A stretch of DNA of 63,370 nt, counting the filler, from a bacterium (lineage in GTDB: Bacteria > JAMORN01): assembly GCA_027063545.1 (NCBI GenBank). It is 15 parts of 15 records of this genome, joined end to end, with 100 filler letters (N's around TTAATTAATTAA, not from the genome) between each part and the next. Parts side by side here need not be neighbours in the genome. Positions count along the whole stretch, not along the records: positions 54,180 to 55,949 come from JAMORN010000067.1; positions 56,050 to 57,810 come from JAMORN010000068.1; positions 57,911 to 59,670 come from JAMORN010000069.1; positions 59,771 to 61,521 come from JAMORN010000070.1; positions 61,622 to 63,370 come from JAMORN010000071.1; 10 more parts are not named here. One strand, given 5' to 3'. The notes under the pieces were generated by a model. The model did no database searches and was not told the DNA's origin. It worked only from the letters and a program-made list of their open reading frames with translations. Below, piece after piece: positions 54,774-63,370 of the stretch. The position numbers and the translations under genes were made by a program. Position 1 is the first letter of the stretch; every line of letters begins with the position of its first letter.

Positions 54774-55199
54774 TTACTTACTCTCCTCTTTTTGAGAAGT
54801 ACTATTGCTATCAGCAGAGGCAGAATTTGTTTTTAAAGAATCTACTTTTGTTGTATCATTTACTGTCTGTATTTGTTTATGTAAAATCTCTTTTTCTTCC
54901 TTTTCTATTTCAGCTAAAACTGTTTCTAAATTAACACCTGTAGTATCATATCCTAACTCTACAAGTAATTTCTTCTTTTCTTTTAAATATTTTTCTAATT
55001 CCTTTTTTTTCAATTCTAATTTCTTTTCTAAAACCTCTCTTTGAGCTTTAACATCTCTTAATTCTTCATATGCAGCCTTTGTCTCTGCTTTTGATTCCTC
55101 TAGTTTTTGTATTTGTTCTTGAGATAACTTTTTAGAACAACCAAAAAGTATAAAATTTAAAATAAATATAGATATCATTAACAACTTTATTTTTCTCAT
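54774..55199 (-). CDS. Coiled-coil lipoprotein
   Basis: Lipobox LFGC; long E/K heptad helix; low-complexity tail. Confidence 0.7.
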   Translation of the reverse strand: MRKIKLLMISIFILNFILFGCSKKLSQEQIQKLEESKAETKAAYEELRDVKAQREVLEKKLELKKKELEKYLKEKKKLLVELGYDTTGVNLETVLAEIEKEEKEILHKQIQTVNDTTKVDSLKTNSASADSNSTSQKEESK

Positions 55200-55295
55200 A
55201 ACTTTCCCCTTTTATAACCTATATTCTTACCTATTTAAACGTTTTATCTTAGATAATTGTAATCTAAAATTATTTAATAATAAAGTCAAGTTTTT

Positions 55296-55949
55296 TTATT
55301 TAAACACCTCATTAGTTTGTTTCCACCACAATAGAAGATCTAAATGGGCTATATCAAATTTTACATAATTACAAAATTCTACTACTTTCTCTTCTATGTC
55401 TAAATATTTCTTTTTAGTTAATGTCTTAGGTATCTCCTCTATTATAGACAGTTTTTTTAAATTTTTCAAAATATGTCTATCCAATATTGTTAAATTCAAC
55501 CCTATACCTATATTTCTTAAAAAATGACTTGACTCTTTTAATCCCATTCCCTTTATATTATTAACCAAAAAAGACCTTAAATCATATACACTAGTAAACT
55601 TTTCCAAAAAACTCTTTATTTTTATTTCATTATTATTTGAAAAAAAATTTCTAGCCTCAACTATATATTTAGCCTTACTATTCTTAAATCTAACACCTTT
55701 TAAATATGGTAAAATATCATCTACACTACCAATATATAATAAATCATTTTCAATTAAATTTTCTATAGACTTCCAACAAATCTTTGCTTTTGACTGAGGG
55801 GTTAATAAACAAAAAGCTAACTCTGCAAAAATTCTTTTATCATCCTCATTATATAGTTGTTTAAAATCATTAATTCTTTTTTCAATAATATCCTTTATTT
55901 GAGAATAATCTTCTAAAAGAGTATTCCAATATACTTCATTAAATTTCAT
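55296..55949 (-). CDS. ogg: 8-oxoguanine N-glycosylase/DNA lyase (archaeal/Thermotoga Ogg2 type)
   Basis: ELAFCLLTPQS, VRF, IKGMGLKESSHFLRNIG, ILDRHILK, KKYLDIE, LDLLLW. Confidence 0.9.
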   Translation of the reverse strand: MKFNEVYWNTLLEDYSQIKDIIEKRINDFKQLYNEDDKRIFAELAFCLLTPQSKAKICWKSIENLIENDLLYIGSVDDILPYLKGVRFKNSKAKYIVEARNFFSNNNEIKIKSFLEKFTSVYDLRSFLVNNIKGMGLKESSHFLRNIGIGLNLTILDRHILKNLKKLSIIEEIPKTLTKKKYLDIEEKVVEFCNYVKFDIAHLDLLLWWKQTNEVFK

Positions 55950-56049
55950 NNNNNNNNNNNNNNNNNNNNNNNNNNNNNNNNNNNNNNNNNNNNTTAATTA
56001 ATTAANNNNNNNNNNNNNNNNNNNNNNNNNNNNNNNNNNNNNNNNNNNN

Positions 56050-56950
56050 ATATACTTTTTCTTATTCTTATAGTACAATAACTACCTGTATAAATTCCTC
56101 CACCATTCGCAGAGACATTATCAGAAATTATAGAATTTTCTATACTTATATATGAAGACACATACAACCCTCCGCCTTTCGCCTGAGCATAATTTGAAGA
56201 AATCTGGCTATTTTTTAACACTAAAGTTCCACTACTATAAATCCCTCCTCCTAAAAAGTTTCCACCTGATAAATAAGAAGCTTTATTTTGAGATATAGTA
56301 GAATTATCTATTATTAATTTTGAATTTGTCCAAATTCCACCGCCTTCAGAAGAAGAATTATTATATATTTCACTATTCGTAATTATAAGCGAATCTCCAT
56401 AATAATAATATATTCCTCCTCCGTAATAGGCATTATTATCATAAATTTTACAACTATCAATTATTATATCAGAAGATTCTAAATAAAAAGCTCCTCCTTT
56501 ACTATCCGCAATACAAGAATCTATTTCTACATTATTAAAAATAATACTAGAAAAATTTTTTATATAAAATGCCCCACCATTAGTCTTTTTTGCATGTTTA
56601 ATATTACAATATCTAAATATACTTTATCGCTGCTGTATCAAGAGATGTAGAATCAAACCTAAATCCCGCCCAATAATTACCACTATCTACCCAATCAAAT
56701 ACTATTGATAAATCACTGGTACCTTCTACAACTATTCTCCCATAAACATCTATCAAGGTATTTTCACTTATTTTAACCTGTGTTCCCGGTTTTATTGTTA
56801 AAGTTTTTCCTGGTTGAATATAAAAATTTCCCCATTACCTCCTATTTATAGATCTGACTCAATATATCCATATAAAACTATATCAGCAAAATTTAAATTA
56901 TAACTTAACAAAATTATTAATAATATTAAATTCGTTAAGTTAAATTTCAT
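56050..56950 (-). pseudogene. Disrupted secreted right-handed beta-helix protein (GGAI/GGGI repeats)
   Basis: Signal peptide from 56950, TAA at 56846..56848, then a new frame (IQPGKTLTIKPGT...WAGFRF), second shift near 56620 into SIFRYCNIKHA..NGGAF...GGGIY repeats running to the linker. Confidence 0.75.
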
Positions 56951-56966
56951 AAAAATCCCTTCTTTT

Positions 56967-57620
56967 TTAATTCAAAAATAATGATGTTATTTTTATTATT
57001 ATATCTATAGTATCTTTTATATTTTCTCTATTATCTTTAAAAAATTTTTCTATATTATTCAATAGATTCTTATTATCTTTTGATGATTCTATCATTTCAA
57101 ATAGTTCTTTATTTTTTATTTTGCTTTTTAATTCTACTAAATATCTTTCATTTTTCAATGCCTCTGAAAAAAATATTGAAACAAATACACTTTTTTTTAC
57201 TACTAAAACATCTTTATTAAAACTATAATCTATTATTGCTCCTAACTCTTTTACTTTATGCTCAAACTCTAATTTTAGTATTGGATCTTCCAATAAAAAT
57301 CTTACCTTATCATCTTTTCTTTCTATATCTATTTTGCTATCTAAAAAAGCTTTTGCTATTCTTTTTAATACTTCTTTATTATCTATTGTTTTATATTTTA
57401 AATAAACTTCTTTCATTAAATTTTTTACTCTCTGTTCTGAAATTTTTAACTCTTTTGAAATTTCGTAAATTGATTTACTCTTTAATTTAGTCTCATATAA
57501 TAAATAAAAAATATAAAGATCAACTTCTTTTTTCGTCATTGTTCCAAATCCATTCTCTAAATATTTTTCTAAAAATTTTTCCCATATATTAATACTGTTG
57601 ATTATTTTTTCTTTATCCAA
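56967..57620 (-). CDS. Hypothetical protein with HTH-like segment
   Basis: TTG start with GGAGG RBS; GFGTMTKKE...SIYEISKELKISEQRVKNL. Confidence 0.6.
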   Translation of the reverse strand: MDKEKIINSINIWEKFLEKYLENGFGTMTKKEVDLYIFYLLYETKLKSKSIYEISKELKISEQRVKNLMKEVYLKYKTIDNKEVLKRIAKAFLDSKIDIERKDDKVRFLLEDPILKLEFEHKVKELGAIIDYSFNKDVLVVKKSVFVSIFFSEALKNERYLVELKSKIKNKELFEMIESSKDNKNLLNNIEKFFKDNRENIKDTIDIIIKITSLFLN

Positions 57621-57771
57621 AATAAACCTCCTTTTATTTAATTTAGTTTTAGATACTTATTGATATATTTTATATAATTATTTGCTATAAAATCAGAAAA
57701 ATATCTATAAAGAGAAAAAAGAAGACTATTCATAGAAAAATATTTTTTTAAACCAATTAAGACCTTATTAT

Positions 57772-57805
57772 ATAGAATAGAATAGAATAGAATAGAATAG
57801 AATAG
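57772..57805. repeat. Pentanucleotide microsatellite (AATAG), about 7 units
   Basis: ATAG followed by six AATAG, 5 nt before the contig end. Confidence 0.95.
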
Positions 57806-57910
57806 TTTACNNNNNNNNNNNNNNNNNNNNNNNNNNNNNNNNNNNNNNNNNNNNTTAATTAATTAANNNNNNNNNNNNNNNNNNNNNNNNNNNNNNNNNN
57901 NNNNNNNNNN

Positions 57911-58136
57911 TTTTATAGTTTTTATAAAAGCTAACAAAATCATATCTTCCATTTTTTTTTAAATTGACATATTTTATATTCGGAACATTTTTTATAATAT
58001 CTTCTTGCACTCCTCCATACATGGTACAAACCAAAACATCAAATTTATTTTTATCTATATTTTTAACTAACTCTATAAATTGACGCTCGGCTCCTCCGAT
58101 GTCAAGAGAACGGATAGATAAAACTAATTTAATCAT
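57911..58136 (-). CDS. Glycosyltransferase family 4 N-terminus; 3' truncated
   Basis: SIRSLDIGGAERQ motif; overlaps the pglI-like stop. Confidence 0.85.
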
Positions 58137-59059
58137 TTTTTAAACTTTACTCTTATTTTTGATAAAAGTAACACTATTTTTTTTGGTAAAAACATAACTA
58201 TAAACATAATATAACTTGCTTTATATTTAGGACATAATTTGATAGCTTCAAATATATACTTAAAGCCTTTTTTATATTGAGATGATAATTTTGCAAAATA
58301 ACTAGCTCCTTTATAAATAGTGGCTAAATAACAAGGACAATATTTTTGCATCTCTTTACCATAATATTCTATATCTCTTTCATAATTTTTTATTACTATA
58401 CCTGCTTTATTTACCATATTATGTGTTACACTATTTTCATTAATTCTATAATTTCTTACAGCCTTATGAATATAATATATTTTTTTATTTTTTAATAAAC
58501 CTCTCCATAAAGTTCCTTCTCCTCCATAAATATCTGTATCAAATCTTTTATCTCCTAATATCTCTTTTTTAAAGATACCCCAATACTCTCCATAAATCTT
58601 ACCACATAGATAATCTTGCCAATTAACTTCTGTAGATTCATTTAATCCAAATCCTGAAAACTTTCCATTATCTACTCTGTTGGATATGATTTTACAATTT
58701 CCCATCACAACATCATAACCTTCAAGTATTTTATCTACCATCATTTTTAAAGCACCATCTATCATTGTATCATCATCATCAAAAATTCCAATCAATTCTC
58801 CAGTTGCATAATCTAAACCATTATTTTTATTACCATTTGGACCTTGTGGATATTTTTTATTTTTAATATACTTTATAAATGAATATTTTTGTATATACTC
58901 CTTGACAATCTGCTCAGTTTTATCTATAGAATTATCATCTGTTACAACTATTTCTAAATTTGGATAATTTTGATTGATAATACTATCTAAACACTCTTGT
59001 AAATAATCTTCTCTATTATAAGTTGGAACTATAATCGATAATTTCGGATAATTATTCAT
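58133..59059 (-). CDS. pglI: GT2 glucosyltransferase similar to Campylobacter PglI
   Basis: PKLSIIVPTYNR, QGPNGNKNNGLD, DDDD, GNC, FSGxGL, YIHKA.R.YR, AxYxAKL and LSKIRV, all recalled from C. jejuni PglI. Confidence 0.75.
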   Translation of the reverse strand: MNNYPKLSIIVPTYNREDYLQECLDSIINQNYPNLEIVVTDDNSIDKTEQIVKEYIQKYSFIKYIKNKKYPQGPNGNKNNGLDYATGELIGIFDDDDTMIDGALKMMVDKILEGYDVVMGNCKIISNRVDNGKFSGFGLNESTEVNWQDYLCGKIYGEYWGIFKKEILGDKRFDTDIYGGEGTLWRGLLKNKKIYYIHKAVRNYRINENSVTHNMVNKAGIVIKNYERDIEYYGKEMQKYCPCYLATIYKGASYFAKLSSQYKKGFKYIFEAIKLCPKYKASYIMFIVMFLPKKIVLLLSKIRVKFKK

Positions 59060-59670
59060 TTATAACCTTATTTAGTATATTTTCCCATTCTTTAGCAATT
59101 TTCTCTATATTATATTTTTCTTTTACTTTTATAGCTTCTTTTGAAAGTTTATCTCTTAAATCTTTATTTTTAATTAGTAATTCGATCGCTTTCTTTAGCT
59201 CTTCTTTATTTTGATTTTCTACCAATAAACCATTCTTGTTATGATCTATTATTTCACTTGGTCCATAAGGACAATCAAAACTAACAACAGCACAACCACA
59301 ACTCATAGCTTCTAATAATACATTTGGAAACCCCTCTTTTTTAGAAGATAAAACGAAAATTGAAGCTTTCGAATAAAAGTCAAAAACATTTTTAACCTTA
59401 CCAAATAAAATAACTTTATTTTCTAATTTTAATTTTTTAATTAATTTTTCTAAATTTTTTCTTTCATTTCCTTCACCTGCTATATATAATTTCCAATCTG
59501 TATCTATTTTTGAATAAACATCTATCAAAGTATCAAATCCTTTTTGCTTATCAAGTCTCCCAACAGCTAAAATGATATTTTCTTTTTTAATATCACAATC
59601 TATAAAGCCAATAGGATTATAAATAACTTCAACATTATTTAAAAATTTATAGTTTTTTTTATCTGCTTTT
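59052..59670 (-). CDS. GT4 glycosyltransferase, PglH-like; 5' truncated
   Basis: Frame open to the linker: VIYNP...KENIILAVGRLDKQKGFD, EGFPNVLLEA; directly upstream of the pglI-like gene. Confidence 0.75.
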
Positions 59671-59770
59671 NNNNNNNNNNNNNNNNNNNNNNNNNNNNNN
59701 NNNNNNNNNNNNNNTTAATTAATTAANNNNNNNNNNNNNNNNNNNNNNNNNNNNNNNNNNNNNNNNNNNN

Positions 59771-60133
59771 CGAAACATTCCTTTCTTCATAAAATGACAT
59801 ACATGAACTGTGAATTGTATTTCTTTTTAGAATTGATATTAATATATCCTTATTTTTTTCTGATAAAACTGTAATTTCTTTATTGGCATTTTTAGATATA
59901 CCTTTTAATAGATTATGCTTACTAACTTCCATTATTACAGACAATGAGTCATTTTTATAATTAGCTTTTGAACTCATAATTCTTGTAAAAGAGTCTAGTA
60001 CAATTGGTCCACTTTTTTTCATTAGATCTACTGTCTCTCTAATTGCTTTATGATTATCAGTCTCTGACTTAACTATTTCCACGGCACCTAAACTACAAAT
60101 CATTAGTAATAACATTAATATTGTTTTTTGCAT
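59771..60133 (-). CDS. Secreted hypothetical protein; 3' truncated
   Basis: Signal peptide MQKTILMLLLMICSLGA; GAGGA RBS. Confidence 0.55.
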
Positions 60134-60175
60134 TTTTTATCCTCTTTAAATTTAATTTTGGAATAATATCATTTT

Positions 60176-61135
60176 CTAACTTAAACTAAAGTTATTTTTT
60201 CTTAAAAATCTTTCTAACTTTTGATAATCTTTCTTTCCTTCTTTTAAACTTTTTATTAATATTTTTTTCTCTGTTTTGAAAATTTCACGTTCTTCAATAT
60301 CTTTTATAAAGTTTGAATACAATAAAGATAAAGCAGATCTTCCTAAATAAAAGTAATATGAACTAATATAAGTGAATATAGGTTTTTTAATATATCTGTA
60401 TGGTGCAATTATTGATAAAATATATCCACTTGCTTTTTTTAATTCTTTTAAGTTTTCAAAATTTAATCTATCTTCACCTAAGAAGTGTAAACCTTTAGTC
60501 TCTAAATTATCATAACATTTGTAGGGTGTAAAGCCTAACATTAGAGAAAATTCTATATCTTCTCCTCCATTATATTTACTTTCACCAGAGCTTCTGCCAA
60601 CTAATCTTTGCTTAAACCCTTTTTCTTGTAAAAAATAATATGCCTCTTTTTTAATACAAGGCATGCTTGATATAAAATTTTCTTTTTCTCCTTTTAGATT
60701 CGGTACTATTGCAAAAATCTCTTGATATTTTCTACAGATATCTGGGACATTATATTCTTTTGGAAACTCTAAAGAGGCTGAAATTAGACCCGCGTCTTCT
60801 TTTTCATTCATTATTTTCATAAATGAAGTTATCCAGTTCTTTCCAACTTTTATATCGTCGTCAATATAAAAAACTATTTCAAACTTTGACTCCTTCATAC
60901 CTCTATCTCTCGCATAAAGTAAACCTTGTTTTGATTCTTTTACAATTCTTAAATTATCTAAATTAAAAGATCTAACAATTTCTAAGACATTATCTGTTGA
61001 ATTATTGTCTACGATAATTATTTCATATTTAAATTCAATTGGTATCTCCAAAGCTTTTATTCCTTCAAGGGCCTTAGATATCTTTTTTGCTCCATTGAAA
61101 GTTGGAACAATTATAGAAAAATTCTTATACTTCAT
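60176..61135 (-). CDS. Glycosyltransferase family 2
   Basis: SIIVPTFN, VDNNSTD, QGLLYAR, YIDDD, GGEDIE. Confidence 0.9.
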   Translation of the reverse strand: MKYKNFSIIVPTFNGAKKISKALEGIKALEIPIEFKYEIIIVDNNSTDNVLEIVRSFNLDNLRIVKESKQGLLYARDRGMKESKFEIVFYIDDDIKVGKNWITSFMKIMNEKEDAGLISASLEFPKEYNVPDICRKYQEIFAIVPNLKGEKENFISSMPCIKKEAYYFLQEKGFKQRLVGRSSGESKYNGGEDIEFSLMLGFTPYKCYDNLETKGLHFLGEDRLNFENLKELKKASGYILSIIAPYRYIKKPIFTYISSYYFYLGRSALSLLYSNFIKDIEEREIFKTEKKILIKSLKEGKKDYQKLERFLRKNNFSLS

Positions 61136-61521
61136 GTTTTATACTCCTTAGATAGTGTTCTCTTTTTTTAAAATCTTTTTTTTCTTTCCTTAAGGTTTCT
61201 AATATTTTATTCAGTTCAATTTTTTTGTATTTTTCTACACTGATAAGCTTTTTGATAAGTATTCTTGTGTAAAAATAATAATATGAAGAGAAGTATTTAA
61301 ATGGAAATCTATAAGTATATCTATATGGCGCGATCTTTGCAATTATATATCCACTAGCTTCCTTTAGTTTTTCTAAGTTTTCACTGGATAACCTTTCTTT
61401 ATCTACATAATGAATTGCTTTCGTATGATTGTTATCATAACATTTGTAAGTGGTATATCTTAACATTAAAGAAAATTCAATATCTTCTCCTCCATTATAT
61501 TTATTATTATTAATTCCTCTA
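61125..61521 (-). CDS. Glycosyltransferase family 2 paralog, C-terminal part; 5' truncated
   Basis: Frame open to the linker: KYNGGEDIEFSLMLRYTTYKCYDN...EASGYI..IAPYRY, matching the downstream GT2. Confidence 0.8.
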
Positions 61522-61621
61522 NNNNNNNNNNNNNNNNNNNNNNNNNNNNNNNNNNNNNNNNNNNNTTAATTAATTAANNNNNNNNNNNNNNNNNNNNNNN
61601 NNNNNNNNNNNNNNNNNNNNN

Positions 61622-62714
61622 TATTAAAAAAAGGCAATGAAAAAATTATACTATTTAGTGATTTAAAATTATCTCCTAAACTTAATAAATAAGAAAGTAG
61701 AATTATAATATAAAAAAATAAAAAGAATTTCCTTTCTTTTTCTTTTAGTAGGTAAAAAGAACCTATAATAAAAATATATAAAACTATAATTCCTACATAC
61801 ACACTAAAAAGCCAAGATATTCTTCCCTCAAAACTCCAAGAAATATTTAAATCTTTTGAAAATAAAAATTGGGGTAATATTAATGTAAATAATTTATAAT
61901 AATCAAAAGACCATCTAAAAATCTCATCTAAAGAAAGCCCATTACTTCTATGACTTAATTTTACTAAATAATAAAAAGGAACTAATTGAAAAAGTGTTAA
62001 TAGAATAGAATTAACCAAAATTAAAACAAATAATAAAAAATCTTTTATTAAAATTTTTCTTTCTTTTAATTTATAATCTTTGTCAAATAAAATAAAAACA
62101 AAAGCTATTAATAAAATAAATTCTAAAACTTGCAATTCCCCAGATAATATACCAGAACTTAATATAAGAGAAGCTATAAAAAATCTAATAGGCGTTTTCT
62201 TATTATAAAAAAATAAAAAACTCCATATTATCCATCCACTCCATGAAAATGTCTTAGGTGTATTAAATGATGTAAAAGTAGAAATCATATACCCATTAAA
62301 CATACCTAATATAGAACTAACTAGAGCTATATTAGGTGTAAATCTTAAATATCTAAAAAGTAAATAAAAACCTAATCCAGCCCATAAATAATGAAATTCC
62401 ATGAAAAGTTTATTTGCTATACTAAACTCTTTGATTAAAAAGAAAATATTAAATGGATAAATCCAGGAAAATTGGATATTTGCTAAAGGGTCCTCACCTG
62501 CTCCAATATAAGGATTAAACCATGGAATAAATTTAAACTGATACGATAACCATATAAAAAAATGTCTACCAATATAATAGAAAAGATAATCACCATAATA
62601 AAAATCAATTCCAGAAACCCATGAATAATACCAGTATATACCCCAAATAAAAATAATTAATAAAATATTTAATATATCAACATGCTTTTTTAAATAATTA
62701 ATATATTCTTTCAT
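61622..62714 (-). CDS. YfhO-like polytopic membrane protein (GT-C fold); 3' truncated
   Basis: GD..F.Y, PWFNPYIGAGEDPLAN, YPFN, FNGY, QLVP...SHRS, YVGI, LSLG. Confidence 0.75.
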
Positions 62715-63370
62715 ATATACCCATAATAACAAATTTATCTGGAGTTTCTAATAAATAGATAGGTTTTTGCCTAAGTATATATATAATATAATCTTTCATT
62801 TTAGGATCATTAAGAATCCAATTTGCTTTATATAATAAAAAATTACTTTTTTCTAATTCTCTATTATAATTATAATTTTTATTTTTTTTCAAAAAAATAT
62901 AATCTTGATAAAAACTATCCATATTTCTATTAAATTCTATTTTAAATCCTCCTACTTTATATACCTTTTTTATTATATAAGGCTCTATATTAAATAGATT
63001 AACATCTCTTATCTTATTTAAATCATTTAATAAATTTACTACTTTTTCATTAAATGGATAAAAATATCTACCTACCTCAAATCCATGTTCAAAAGCACCT
63101 TTAGTATATCCAATAAACATATTATAATAATCCAACTCTGCAGGATGGTATAAAATTGTAATTAATAAATTAAATGTAAAGATAATTAAAGAAATAATAG
63201 ATTTAGAAATTCTAAAAAAACCCCATCCTCTATAAGAAAGTAAAAAAAAGAAAGGCCATATTTGAGAATATATTCTATATTCATGTTTAGGGGTTGAAGG
63301 TAACATAAATATAAATATTAAAAGAGAAAATACAATTATTTCAAAAATTAAAGAAAAATTTTCTTTATTC
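62698..63370 (-). CDS. PMT/ArnT-like membrane glycosyltransferase C-terminus; 5' truncated by window
   Basis: Frame open to the window end; K..RIY..IWP and DYYNMFIG motifs after TM helices. Confidence 0.5.
   Translation of the reverse strand, partial: NKENFSLIFEIIVFSLLIFIFMLPSTPKHEYRIYSQIWPFFFLLSYRGWGFFRISKSIISLIIFTFNLLITILYHPAELDYYNMFIGYTKGAFEHGFEVGRYFYPFNEKVVNLLNDLNKIRDVNLFNIEPYIIKKVYKVGGFKIEFNRNMDSFYQDYIFLKKNKNYNYNRELEKSNFLLYKANWILNDPKMKDYIIYILRQKPIYLLETPDKFVIMGIYERIY

Noticed and set aside
55249-55267. TTAGAT-N7-ATCTAA upstream of the lipoprotein gene as a third copy of the feoB/cstA motif
   Set aside because: Spacer is 7 nt, not 2; could be chance in AT-rich DNA
11385-61621. Regularly recurring TTAATTAATTAA and ORFs ending in XXXX-LIN
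   Set aside because: Artificial linker between contigs; not a biological repeat, CRISPR array or protein motif

Overview
Very AT-rich prokaryotic DNA that is not one contiguous locus. It is about 15 assembly fragments joined by 14 artificial 100-nt linkers (N44-TTAATTAATTAA-N44), so adjacency across linkers is meaningless, except for one linker that falls inside nrdD. The long fragments look like one flagellated, probably anaerobic and possibly thermophilic diderm bacterium with FCB-like traits (inference from a T9SS-type C-terminal domain on a C25 peptidase and a TSP3-repeat outer-membrane protein). They carry housekeeping genes (prs, pyrF, gmhB, dtd, pcm, metH, eno, gyrB, purM, argC/B, ssb, rlmN, mreB, mrp, feoB), tRNA-Ser(GGA), tRNA-Met(CAT), a type IV minor-pilin cassette with an adhesin-fused PilW, and a class III ribonucleotide reductase locus. 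Several 1.8-kb fragments look foreign: a Campylobacterota-like pglH/pglI piece, a mobile-element piece with a degenerate primase-helicase and iteron-like repeats, and a membrane-GTPase piece. Top finding: NrdD is split. The catalytic chain ends in a leucine-zipper-like helix and lacks the glycyl-radical loop, which is encoded as a separate 65-aa protein with its own N-terminal zipper. Between them sits an unannotated 54-aa paralog (41001..41165) that keeps the docking helix but has RIGCR in place of RVVGY, a candidate decoy or protective subunit for class III RNR.
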